Below, in pieces: positions 20,460-29,592 of a DNA stretch of 64,000 bases (positions are counted from its first letter, which is position 1; each line of letters starts with the position of its first letter). Location of the stretch: contig CATQHZ020000001.1 in NCBI GenBank assembly GCA_958296135.2, forward strand, positions 2,080,001 through 2,144,000, read 5' to 3'. A program made the translations under genes and the position numbers. This stretch comes from an uncultured Poribacteria bacterium. GTDB taxonomy: Bacteria > Poribacteria > WGA-4E > WGA-3G. The notes under the pieces were generated by a model. It made no database searches. It worked only from the letters and a program-made list of their open reading frames with translations, and was not told where the DNA came from.

Positions 20460-21428
20460 ATGCATCACGTCACAATCACCACGCCTGCCCGGCTCCACTT
20501 TTCACTCATCGATCTGAACGGCGCGTTAGGCCGGATTGATGGCGGGTTCGGGGTGGCAATTGAACAACCGAATTTCTGCATCGTCGCCGAACGGGCAACA
20601 GGCATCCACGTGGCAGATTCTGTGTATCGTGAACGCGCTTGTCACGTTCTGGCACGCCTCCAAGAAACTTATTCGTTTCCCGGTATCTCGCTCAAATTCA
20701 CCGCGGAAATCCCCTCGCACAGTGGATTCGGCTCAGGCACACAACTCTCCCTGGGCATCGCGCAGGCAGTGAACCTCCTATATGGGCTCGGGTTAAGTGT
20801 GCTTGACTTGGCGCACGCTGTTGGGCGCGGCGGCACCTCCGGCATCGGTGTTGCCGCGTTCAATACCGGCGGCTTCATCGTTGATGGCGGACACCGCTAC
20901 CCGGAGCAGAAGTCATCCTTCCTCCCCTCTTCCGCTGTCGGCGACATCTCTCCCCCGCCGATTTTACTACGGCACCCGTTCCCCGCGTGGCCGCTCCTCA
21001 TTGCCATGCCGAACTGCTCCCGGATTTACGGCGAAGCAGAACTTGAACTCTTTCGGACGCTGTGCCCGCAACCAGAATCGGTTGCGCCGCAACTCTCACA
21101 CATTCTCCTGCTCCAACTCTTACCAACTATTCTCGAACAGGATATGCGCGGCTTCGGCGAGGCGTTAAATCAAATTCAGACATTTGGATGGAAACGGGTG
21201 GAAATTGACGCGCAGGGACCGGAACTGCAACAGACGCTTGACTTCCTACAGCACAACGGTGCGCTAGGCGCGGGCGTTAGCAGCTGGGGGCCTGCAATCT
21301 GCGCAGTCAGCCAAGACATTGAAGAGTTGAAACGGAAGACAGCGGCATTCCTAGAAAGGCTTCCGAACGGTGGGAGCTGCTTTGTCACGCGCGCGAATAA
21401 CGTTGGTGCGCAAATTGTTTCTGAATAA
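20460..21428 (+). CDS. Beta-ribofuranosylaminobenzene 5'-phosphate (RFAP) synthase, GHMP-kinase fold
   Basis: TPARLHFSLIDLNG..GRIDGG.G, P.HSGFGSGTQ, GRGGTSGIG..AF..GGFIVDGGH, SSWGP. Confidence 0.85.
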   Translation: MHHVTITTPARLHFSLIDLNGALGRIDGGFGVAIEQPNFCIVAERATGIHVADSVYRERACHVLARLQETYSFPGISLKFTAEIPSHSGFGSGTQLSLGIAQAVNLLYGLGLSVLDLAHAVGRGGTSGIGVAAFNTGGFIVDGGHRYPEQKSSFLPSSAVGDISPPPILLRHPFPAWPLLIAMPNCSRIYGEAELELFRTLCPQPESVAPQLSHILLLQLLPTILEQDMRGFGEALNQIQTFGWKRVEIDAQGPELQQTLDFLQHNGALGAGVSSWGPAICAVSQDIEELKRKTAAFLERLPNGGSCFVTRANNVGAQIVSE

Positions 21429-21430
21429 TA

Positions 21431-21462
21431 AAAAAAGGGCGGGCCCGATGGCCCGCCCTTTT
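21431..21462. terminator. Bidirectional intrinsic terminator
   Basis: AAAAAAGGGCGGGCC-CGAT-GGCCCGCCCTTTT between convergent genes. Confidence 0.85.
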
Positions 21463-21472
21463 CGTTAGGGGG

Positions 21473-22075
21473 TTATGCGTAATACGGGTTGTCCCCCGCA
21501 CCGTGGTCGGTAGTGTCGATCACGTGCTTAATTTCTGGAAAGGCTTCCAGAATCATCGCTTCGATGCCGTGTTTGAGGGTGACGTTCGCCATGCCACAGC
21601 CTTGGCATCCGCCGGCCATCTCAATGTAAACAGCATCGTCATCGACGTTCAGGAGTTCCACCTGTCCGCCATGTGCGGCGACAGCAGGGTTAATCCGTTC
21701 ATCGATCAGCTTCTGAATCTGTTGCGCTTTCGGATTATCCCATGTCGGGGTGTTAGGGTTCTCGATTTGGAACCCGCTTGCGTTCAAGTCGTCCACGTAG
21801 TCAATGACTGCGCCCCCGAGGTCTGCCGCACTTGCCGCGTCAACAAGGACGTTAAAATGTTGACATTCAACCACAAGGTCGCCCTCTTCAGCCTCGGTGG
21901 CTAAGCCGAGGCTGTATTGGAATGCGGTAGCGGTTCTGCCTTGGATGCTAATGCGCAGGCCTTCAATGTCAACCTCTTCGTTTTGTATGACCGCGTGAAC
22001 CTTCTCTTGCGCAGCCTCTGTCACAGTGAGCAAAGGGGCTTCGGTGCCCGTGAACTTCTTCAAGAAATTCTTCAT
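21473..22075 (-). CDS. nfuA: Fe-S biogenesis protein NfuA (degenerate A-type domain plus Nfu domain)
   Basis: A-type carrier N-domain lacking the conserved Cys; INPAVAAHGG, GGCQGC, DTTDH..GDNPYY; start ATG 22075. Confidence 0.9.
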   Translation of the reverse strand: MKNFLKKFTGTEAPLLTVTEAAQEKVHAVIQNEEVDIEGLRISIQGRTATAFQYSLGLATEAEEGDLVVECQHFNVLVDAASAADLGGAVIDYVDDLNASGFQIENPNTPTWDNPKAQQIQKLIDERINPAVAAHGGQVELLNVDDDAVYIEMAGGCQGCGMANVTLKHGIEAMILEAFPEIKHVIDTTDHGAGDNPYYA

Positions 22076-22097
22076 AGTCGCCTTCCGTCCCCCGCGC

Positions 22098-23063
22098 CTA
22101 GGCGGCGGGCCGGTTTCTCCCTTGTTGCTGCGAACGCAGTTCTCCCATCTCGTTATAAAGCGTTCGCAATTGTTCGATGGCGCAGATTTCCAACTGCCGG
22201 ATGCGTTCACGTGTTACATCCAGGGCATCTCCTATCTCTCGGAGTGTCTTCCGTTCTCCATCGTCCAGCCCGTAGCGCATCTTCAGCACGGTCTGCTCAC
22301 GTTCCGGCAGCTTACTGAGAAATTCGGCTACCAGATCGGCGTTAATCATTTCGGCGATCGGGCCGGCTTCCTCGCCAACGGCCGGGTCTTCGACCAGATC
22401 TCCCAGGGTCGCCGAGGCACGCCCGCTGCCCAGCGGCATATCCATCGACATGGTGTCCGCGTTAAAGGCCAGGATTTCGTCCACCTGCTCCACAGTCACG
22501 TCTAATGCCTCAGCGATTTCCTCGCGCGTCGGCTCCCGTTGCAACTTCTGACACAGCATCGCATACACCGAATCGAACTTGTTCATCTTCGACACGATAT
22601 AGGACGGTAGGCGGATCGACCGGGAGAAGTTCTCAAGCGCACGCATAATCGCCTGCTTGATCCACCAGATCGCGTAGGTGCTGAACTTAAACCCCCGTCG
22701 ATAATCGAATTTATCAGCCGCCCGAATCAACCCCAGATTCCCCTCTTGAATCAGGTCTTCCAAGGGAACGTTGCGGCCTTGAAACTTGATGGCGATGGAA
22801 ACCACGAGCCGCAGATTCGCCTCCACGAGCTCGTCGCGGGCATCCATATCCCCAGCCTCAATCCGCTTCGCCAATTCTACTTCTTCCTCGCGGGTGAGTA
22901 GACGATGCCCCGCAACACGCTGGAGCCAACTCGTTAAAGCACTCCGATCGCCGCCAGCGGCATAACTCTCAACCAGCTCCGTGTCGTCTAGCGGATAAGT
23001 ATCCTTGATGTAGGGAACGACACTTCCAAAATATTCCGTTTCGCCGGAAAACTCCGTTTCCAT
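22098..23063 (-). CDS. Sigma-70 family (RpoD/RpoS-like, lacking region 1.1) sigma factor
   Basis: [52 protein letters not shown]. Confidence 0.92.
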   Translation of the reverse strand: METEFSGETEYFGSVVPYIKDTYPLDDTELVESYAAGGDRSALTSWLQRVAGHRLLTREEEVELAKRIEAGDMDARDELVEANLRLVVSIAIKFQGRNVPLEDLIQEGNLGLIRAADKFDYRRGFKFSTYAIWWIKQAIMRALENFSRSIRLPSYIVSKMNKFDSVYAMLCQKLQREPTREEIAEALDVTVEQVDEILAFNADTMSMDMPLGSGRASATLGDLVEDPAVGEEAGPIAEMINADLVAEFLSKLPEREQTVLKMRYGLDDGERKTLREIGDALDVTRERIRQLEICAIEQLRTLYNEMGELRSQQQGRNRPAA

Positions 23064-23338
23064 TCTTCTCCTCTCCTTTATGATAAAATTTTGACCAAAT
23101 AAACACGAATATTAATAATACCTCATTCTTAAACGTTTTGTCAAGCAAATTGTTTAAAATAATCGACATTTCGCGCCAATAGAGGCAACTTCTATAGTAT
23201 TTTAACAAAAATTTCCAAAAAATGCAAGTTAAAAATGAAAAATTGCGGATATTGTTGCAATAGCGTCTTTTTCGCGCGCGTTTCAAGCCGAAAAAATCGG
23301 TGAGGCGCTGATTCCCGCGCATTGCGGCATTTTTGGAC

Positions 23339-23367
23339 TTGCATTCTATTGCACATCGCGGTATACT
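23339..23367 (+). promoter_or_regulatory. Sigma70 promoter overlapped by an inverted repeat
   Basis: TTGCAT-17 bp-TATACT; TCTATTGCA (23345-53) is inverted at TGCAATAGA (23383-91). Confidence 0.65.
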
Positions 23368-23403
23368 TTCAAAAAACGCGAATGCAATAGATACTCATTC
23401 ACA

Positions 23404-25434
23404 ATGACTCCTCCTCCTGCTCATCAACCCCGGCGTTCTTCCTCCGCCGTCCATAACGCGCCAACTGCCGGCCTCACTATCCGAAGCGTCCTCATCGGCA
23501 TGATAGCGGTGATATGCCAATGTCTCGCCACGCCTTACAACGATTTTCTCGTCGGTGGAACCTACCTCGCCGGGAACCACCTCCCCATCGCCGTTGTCTT
23601 CGTGATGCTGGTGTTCGTGCTCAGCGTCAATGTGATGCTGAAGATGGCGAAACCGGGAACAGAACTCCAAAGCACAGAACTCCTCGTGATTTGGGGCATG
23701 ATGCTCGTCGCATCAGGCATCCCCTCCTCAGGATTGATGCGGTATCTTATCCCTCTCTCCATCAGTCCATTCTACTTCGCAACAGCGGAGAACGAATGGG
23801 CAACGCTTTTTCATCAGCATCTGCCAGAATGGATGGTAGTCCGCGACACAAAAGCGGTTTTCTACTTCTACGAACGGTTGCCCGATGGCCATAGCATTCC
23901 GTGGATGGCATGGATAAAACCCATCATCGCGTGGAGCGGCTTTGTCCTAATTTTCTATCTGATTACTATCTGCTGGACCGCGCTTCTCCGCAAGCAGTGG
24001 ATAGAGCACGAACGGTTCACCTTCCCGCTTGTCCAACTGCCCATGGAGATGTTTCAGCCGCCCTCAGGCCGCTCCCTCTTCAACCGCTTCTTTAAATCGC
24101 CGCTGATGTGGGGCGGTTTCGCGATTCCTGTCATCTTGCACGGCTTGAAGGGGCTGCACCTTTATTTTCCAGCCCTCCCAAATCCGCCTGTTTACTTTCC
24201 AATCGCCGCATTCTTCACGGAAAAACCGCTCTCCGCCTTGACATGGTGGCCCTCCGTGAATCTCTTCATTTTCCCATCGATCGTCGCCATTGTCTACCTC
24301 TTGACACTTGAGATTTCGTTCAGTTTTTGGTTCTTCTTCCTCCTCGGAAAAATGGAGACGGTGCTTATCTACGCCACCGGCTCAAAAGTGAACCAGTGGA
24401 ATTTCCACCAAAACCAACAGATGGGCGCGCTGCTCGTCTTTATCGGATTTATCCTCTGGATTGGCAAACGGCACTTTGGGCGCGCATTCGCTACGATTGC
24501 CGGGCGAAGTCTACAGAAAACTCGCAAGGGACAGGCCCTCGCCCTACGGGACAACCGAAACCGAACCGACGATGCCAACGAACCCTTACCTTACGTTTGG
24601 GCCGTGGGCGGCTTCACTATCGGAAGTCTCTTGTTCGTCCTGAGCTGCCACCTCGCAGGCATGAGTGTATGGGTAGCAGTTTTCATGCTCGCGATTTTCC
24701 TCGCGTTGACGACAGTGGGAACGTGGATGGTTGCCAACGGCGGCTTGCTGTTTATTATCTATTCCTTCCTCCCCGGCGAATACCTGATGACGCTGTTCGG
24801 GAGTGCCCGCGTGAACGCACCAAGCTGGACGCTCGTCGCCTACGAACGAGTGCTGATGTTCGACATGCGCGAAATCCTCATGCCCAGCGTGATGAACAAT
24901 TTCAAACTCGCCGAACCGATGCGGCTCAAACAACGGCCGTTTCTGCTCGCCATGGGCATCGCAATCGTCTTGGCAATAGGCGTATCCTACTATGCCTCTC
25001 TCAACTTGGCATACACGCACGGCGCAGTCAACCTACAGCACTGGACTTACATGATTTCCACGACAGTCCCGTTTAACCGACTCACCAGCATTCTGCAGCA
25101 TCCCACCGGCATTGAAGTGGAGCGGCTCGGTTCGTTTATCTTCGGCGGGGCCGCCATGTTCGGCATGCTCTGGATGCGCCACCATTACCTCTGGTGGAAA
25201 CTGCATCCTATCGGCTCCCTGCTGATAACTAGTTACGCAACCTACTGCTTTTGGGGCTCGTTTTTCATCGGCTGGTTCCTCAAATACACGGTTCTGAAGT
25301 TCGGCGGCGTTGCGCAGTATCGCAAACTGCGTCCGCTCGTTTTAGGCGTGGTGCTAGGCGAATGCTTCATCGGCGGTATCTGGATACTCGTCGGGTTAAT
25401 AACAGGGATTGGGTATCGGTTGTTGCCCGGCTAA
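23404..25434 (+). CDS. Polytopic membrane protein, DUF6785/DUF6784-like (putative transporter)
   Basis: About 16 TMs; LLRKQWIEHERFTFPLVQLP; WWKLHPIG; KFGG..YRK.RP..LG...GE. Confidence 0.7.
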   Translation: MTPPPAHQPRRSSSAVHNAPTAGLTIRSVLIGMIAVICQCLATPYNDFLVGGTYLAGNHLPIAVVFVMLVFVLSVNVMLKMAKPGTELQSTELLVIWGMMLVASGIPSSGLMRYLIPLSISPFYFATAENEWATLFHQHLPEWMVVRDTKAVFYFYERLPDGHSIPWMAWIKPIIAWSGFVLIFYLITICWTALLRKQWIEHERFTFPLVQLPMEMFQPPSGRSLFNRFFKSPLMWGGFAIPVILHGLKGLHLYFPALPNPPVYFPIAAFFTEKPLSALTWWPSVNLFIFPSIVAIVYLLTLEISFSFWFFFLLGKMETVLIYATGSKVNQWNFHQNQQMGALLVFIGFILWIGKRHFGRAFATIAGRSLQKTRKGQALALRDNRNRTDDANEPLPYVWAVGGFTIGSLLFVLSCHLAGMSVWVAVFMLAIFLALTTVGTWMVANGGLLFIIYSFLPGEYLMTLFGSARVNAPSWTLVAYERVLMFDMREILMPSVMNNFKLAEPMRLKQRPFLLAMGIAIVLAIGVSYYASLNLAYTHGAVNLQHWTYMISTTVPFNRLTSILQHPTGIEVERLGSFIFGGAAMFGMLWMRHHYLWWKLHPIGSLLITSYATYCFWGSFFIGWFLKYTVLKFGGVAQYRKLRPLVLGVVLGECFIGGIWILVGLITGIGYRLLPG

Positions 25435-25607
25435 ATTGAAAACAGATTTTTCGTCACTGGCTGCACTCTTCTTGCACGAGAACATGTAGACTACATGAAT
25501 GTCGCTATAGATATGAGATAGAGCCAAAGGGAAAACCTTTTTTTGGGTATTGTTTAATGAAACCGAGGTGTCTTTGTAAGGGAGAACCTCATAATTGAGA
25601 AGCAAGT

Positions 25608-26354
25608 ATGAGAACCTTGGACCTCCGAACGATTCTCGGCGCGTTCCTCATCTTCTGCGTGATTGCCAGCGGTTTCAGTCTCTGGTATCACTATGAGATG
25701 AGAAAACTTGATGCCGAACACAAAGCGTCCTACCAGCGTCTAGAACAGCGGGAGGCAGTACCTATCCCCGCGTCAACCGACGTGACAACCGACGCTACCG
25801 AAAGCGCGCTTCCAATTGAAGACCGCGCGCACTTCGGGGACACGCCCGATGTGTTCCCAACAACAACCGATACAGGGATGCCTGAAGACACAGTTGCCGA
25901 CGAAACCCAGGCCGTTTCAGACATCCCCAGAGAAACAGTCGAAGACATTCCAGTCTCACCCCATGGATTCGGGCCGTATCCAGAATTGCCTGAAGGTTGG
26001 GGGCCGGAGACCTGGAACAATTTGTCTGCGAACCATGAACTGATGAAACGCGTCCGGATAAAACTTCTCTCCCAGGGCGTAAACGCCGTAGGGACAGCGA
26101 TGGAAAACGGCTTGGTATATCCGACTATCAAAGGTGTCGCCTATGTGAAATGGAAGTCGTCCCTCAGGCCAACCGGCATTGTCAGATATATAAGCCATTT
26201 TATAGGGCATCCGGATGATAGTATCCGGCTGGATGCCATCATAGCTGAGAAGGGGAGCACCTTTACCGAAGCGGACGTTCCATCAGACATAGAATTGGTT
26301 CGTTACGAAGAGGGAATTGATCCTTACGAATTTTTAGATTTGCCAAGGAGGTAA
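25608..26354 (+). CDS. Hypothetical membrane-anchored acidic protein
   Basis: N-terminal TM, T/D/E-rich linker, VSPHGFGPYPELP, C-terminal EGIDPYEFL. Confidence 0.7.
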   Translation: MRTLDLRTILGAFLIFCVIASGFSLWYHYEMRKLDAEHKASYQRLEQREAVPIPASTDVTTDATESALPIEDRAHFGDTPDVFPTTTDTGMPEDTVADETQAVSDIPRETVEDIPVSPHGFGPYPELPEGWGPETWNNLSANHELMKRVRIKLLSQGVNAVGTAMENGLVYPTIKGVAYVKWKSSLRPTGIVRYISHFIGHPDDSIRLDAIIAEKGSTFTEADVPSDIELVRYEEGIDPYEFLDLPRR

Positions 26355-26681
26355 ACCGTGCTCAGAAGAATATTGGCCTTTGCCCTTAATTCTTGCACTG
26401 CTTGGAGGGACATCCCTTTGGGCGGTGGTGCGAGGAAGGGAAAGAGGCAGAAATTACAACCGCTATCTACAGAAGCGTAGCGGGCACGCGAATTGGGCGA
26501 GATGTATAGGTAAAGATGAGGAAGACAGAGTCATCGTTAAGTAAAGCGGCAATCAAGCGCAGTCACTGAAGCACAGAAACGTTGTCCTGCTGCTTCAATG
26601 ACTTTTTTTGCGCAAAAAAAAACTTGCACTATTCCTCGCAATTATGCTAAAATAAATCAAAACCTGAAAGCAACACGTGAA

Positions 26682-28232
26682 ATGAAATACTTCACCTATT
26701 CCGGAAATCAACTCATCAACGCGAAACTGCCCGATACGTCCGAGGTGTACTACGCCAAGCCGCCGCTGCCGGGCATCAAGCGCGCAGCACTCAGCGAACA
26801 GACGCAACGCGCCTTTGAAAACCCACTCGGCATGCCGCCCTTGCGCGAACTTGTCAACGGTAATTCAAAAGTGCTCATCTTGTTTGACGACAACTGCCAA
26901 CCGTTTCCGGCAACCAAAAAGCCCGATATGCGTCAAATCATGATTGAGACGCTACTGAAGATGCTCTACGCATACGGCGTTGAGAAAAAAAATATCCAAC
27001 TCATGTGTGCCGTTGCGCTGCACCGCAAGATGAAGCCGCACGAACTGGCATATATGCTCGGCAAAAACATCATGGACGAGTTCTATCCGCACCAACTCCG
27101 AAATTTTGATGCCGAGGATGCCGAAAATATCGCCCGCGTCGGGAAAACCGAAAAAAACGAAATCGTTGAGACTGACAAAGCGGTGCTAGCGTGCGATTTG
27201 GTGATTTACGTTGACACCATCCAAATTCCACTCAACGGTGGACATAAATCCGTAGCCGTTGGGCTCGGCACTTATAGCTCCATCGCGCCGCACCACTCGC
27301 CGCACATGACAGCGGAGAGCCCGCACGTGATGCAACCCGACGGTTCACACATGCACGCCTGCATCGAACGGATGAGCCGCCTCATTCAGAAAGAGACACC
27401 CATTTTAGTGCTAGAGGCAGCGATGAACGGCGCGCTCTATCCATTTCATCTGCGCTACGTCGGAAAACCGAACAGTCAGTGCAACCTCGCGGAGAGATTG
27501 CTGAAAGTCTTCACACCGGCAACTTTGTCGCTTTTACCGGAGACGTTGCGGTATCAGATACTCAAAAGTGTGCGCACCGATTATGAACCGATGGCGGTAA
27601 ACGCCGGTGACATCGACGAAGTCCATCCGAAAACGTTGGCGTTAATGAAGGAGCAGTTGGCGATAGACATCCCGCGCCAATTCAGCACCCTCGTGTTCGG
27701 GCTCCCCGATATGAGCCCCTACGCTGTCGACGCGCGCATCAACCCAGTGCTTGTCGTCAGCGACATCTTAGGCTATGTGTTCAACTGGTTCTATAACAAG
27801 CCGATTCTCAAAAAGGGCGGCGTTGTCATCATCATGAACCCAACCTACGAAGTGTTCCACGAGGAATATCACGTCGCCTACAAGCAGTTTTACGACGAAG
27901 TCCTCGCCGAGACGACAGAGCCGTTTGAAATGCAACAGAAGTTTCAGGAGAAGTATGCCACAGACCCGCACCTAATCGACTGTTATCGGAATCGGTTCGC
28001 GCATCACGGTTTTCATCCGTTCACCGTCTGGTATTGGGCGACATATCCACTGAAATATCTCTCCAAGGTTATCTTGGTGGGCCCGAAAGAGCCGCGCGTC
28101 GCGCAGCGATTAGGTGTGGAGTGGGCGAAAAATTTAGACGATGCGCTAGCAATGGCTCGCGAAATCTCTGGCGAAGACGATGTCGTCGCATTAACGATGC
28201 CGCCGTTTTTCTACGCGAATGTCACAGGGTAA
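26682..28232 (+). CDS. Lactate racemase (LarA/DUF2088)-like protein
   Basis: ENPLGMPPLRELV, ILFDD, ALHRKM, GGHKS; promoter TTGCAC..TGcTAAAAT at 26624-26653 favours ATG 26682. Confidence 0.75.
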   Translation: MKYFTYSGNQLINAKLPDTSEVYYAKPPLPGIKRAALSEQTQRAFENPLGMPPLRELVNGNSKVLILFDDNCQPFPATKKPDMRQIMIETLLKMLYAYGVEKKNIQLMCAVALHRKMKPHELAYMLGKNIMDEFYPHQLRNFDAEDAENIARVGKTEKNEIVETDKAVLACDLVIYVDTIQIPLNGGHKSVAVGLGTYSSIAPHHSPHMTAESPHVMQPDGSHMHACIERMSRLIQKETPILVLEAAMNGALYPFHLRYVGKPNSQCNLAERLLKVFTPATLSLLPETLRYQILKSVRTDYEPMAVNAGDIDEVHPKTLALMKEQLAIDIPRQFSTLVFGLPDMSPYAVDARINPVLVVSDILGYVFNWFYNKPILKKGGVVIIMNPTYEVFHEEYHVAYKQFYDEVLAETTEPFEMQQKFQEKYATDPHLIDCYRNRFAHHGFHPFTVWYWATYPLKYLSKVILVGPKEPRVAQRLGVEWAKNLDDALAMAREISGEDDVVALTMPPFFYANVTG

Positions 28233-28244
28233 CCGGAGACTCCA

Positions 28245-28439
28245 ATGATTAAAGATTCCAACATCGTCGAAGATATCCGGCGTATCCGGCACAAAATTTC
28301 GGCGAAATTTGACTATTTGCAAATGTGTCAAGACCGCGGGTTGCGCAAAAAGGACAAGCAGTCTTGCAGCGCAAATAAAGAAATCGCGCCGCCTATTGCA
28401 GCGACATCCAAACCGCTGACACAGACTCCAGAAACTTGA
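28245..28439 (+). CDS. Small hypothetical protein, orphan antitoxin-like
   Basis: RBS GGAG; D.NIVEDIRRIRHKIS..F pattern resembles small partners of PIN toxins. Confidence 0.45.
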   Translation: MIKDSNIVEDIRRIRHKISAKFDYLQMCQDRGLRKKDKQSCSANKEIAPPIAATSKPLTQTPET

Positions 28440-28454
28440 TAGCTGAGGAGGCTC

Positions 28455-29477
28455 ATGAAAGACACCGACATTTTAATCCCCACGAGCACCATCGGCAGCT
28501 ACGCACCGCCGAGTTGGCTCTGCGTCACATTGGAGGCAATCGGCCGGAGAGAACTCGGCGAAACCGATATTAACGAAACCTTCAACGACGCAGTCCGCAT
28601 CGCCATCACCGACCAGGAGCGTGCCGGCGTGGACATCATCACGGAAGGCGAAATGCGCCGGCAGGATTTCGTGATTGGGTTCTACGATCAACTCACCGGT
28701 TTAGAGCAGCTGCCTGCACCCAGAACGCAAGGCCCGGATGGACACGATCAGCGCGGTAAATGGCTCCCCACTGTGCCACTCGCCGCGCCCGATGGACTCG
28801 GCATCGTCGCAGAGTTTGAATTCGCGAAAACTGAAGCGACGAAACCGCTCAAGGTGACATGCCCCGGCCCGTTTACCCTCTCCGGGCGCATCCAGACTGG
28901 CGGCATTTACAAAGAACGCCTTGAGGTGGCTTACGCGTGTGCAGATATTATCAACGCCGAACTCCGACAACTCGCAGCAGCAGGCGCGGAATTTATCCAA
29001 CTTGACGAACCCTCTTACGCTGTCTATCCCGACCGGCCGCAGGAGTTCGTGAAGCTGTTTAACCACACGGTAAAAGGAGTTGCAGCGAAGATAGGCGTGC
29101 ATATCTGTTTCGGAAACTATCGCGGTAGAGCCGTGGGGAAACGTTCCTATCGTCCGTTGTTTCCGCATATCCTTGACGCGAATTTCGACCAGGTCGCGCT
29201 AGAATTTGCGAACCGGGAACTTGCAGAAATTGAGTTGTGGAGCGAGTTTCCAAACGATAAAGAGCTCGCCGCCGGGCTCATTGATGTCAAAAACTACTAC
29301 GTCGAGACACCGGAAGATGTCGCAGCACTGCTCCGCCGAACCCTCAAGCATGTCCGCCCTGAGAAACTCTCCATTACGCCGGACTGCGGGTTTAGCCAAA
29401 CTGCACGGTGGGCAGCCGTGGCGAAACTGAAGGCGATGGTAGCCGGCACAGAAATCGTCCGGCGTGAGTTAATGTAA
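28455..29477 (+). CDS. Cobalamin-independent methionine synthase II family (MetE C-terminal-like, short form)
   Basis: GSY..P, QE.AGVDIITEGE.RR, IQLDEP, Zn ligands HICFG, E and PDCG. Confidence 0.88.
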   Translation: MKDTDILIPTSTIGSYAPPSWLCVTLEAIGRRELGETDINETFNDAVRIAITDQERAGVDIITEGEMRRQDFVIGFYDQLTGLEQLPAPRTQGPDGHDQRGKWLPTVPLAAPDGLGIVAEFEFAKTEATKPLKVTCPGPFTLSGRIQTGGIYKERLEVAYACADIINAELRQLAAAGAEFIQLDEPSYAVYPDRPQEFVKLFNHTVKGVAAKIGVHICFGNYRGRAVGKRSYRPLFPHILDANFDQVALEFANRELAEIELWSEFPNDKELAAGLIDVKNYYVETPEDVAALLRRTLKHVRPEKLSITPDCGFSQTARWAAVAKLKAMVAGTEIVRRELM

Positions 29478-29486
29478 ACTCCAATT

Positions 29487-29572
29487 TCCGTAGGGCGAGG
29501 GCCGTTACACCGAAACGCTGGCATCTGTGCCGATTTTCCTGCAGAGATGTCCACTGCCCTCGCCATACCGTG
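29487..29572 (+). repeat. CCGTAGGGCGAGGG-type palindromic repeat (REP family 2, long form)
   Basis: GGCGAGGGC...GCCCTCGCC stem; close copy at 32957-33040. Confidence 0.75.
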
Positions 29573-29592
29573 GTATCAGAAAAGGAAAACCG

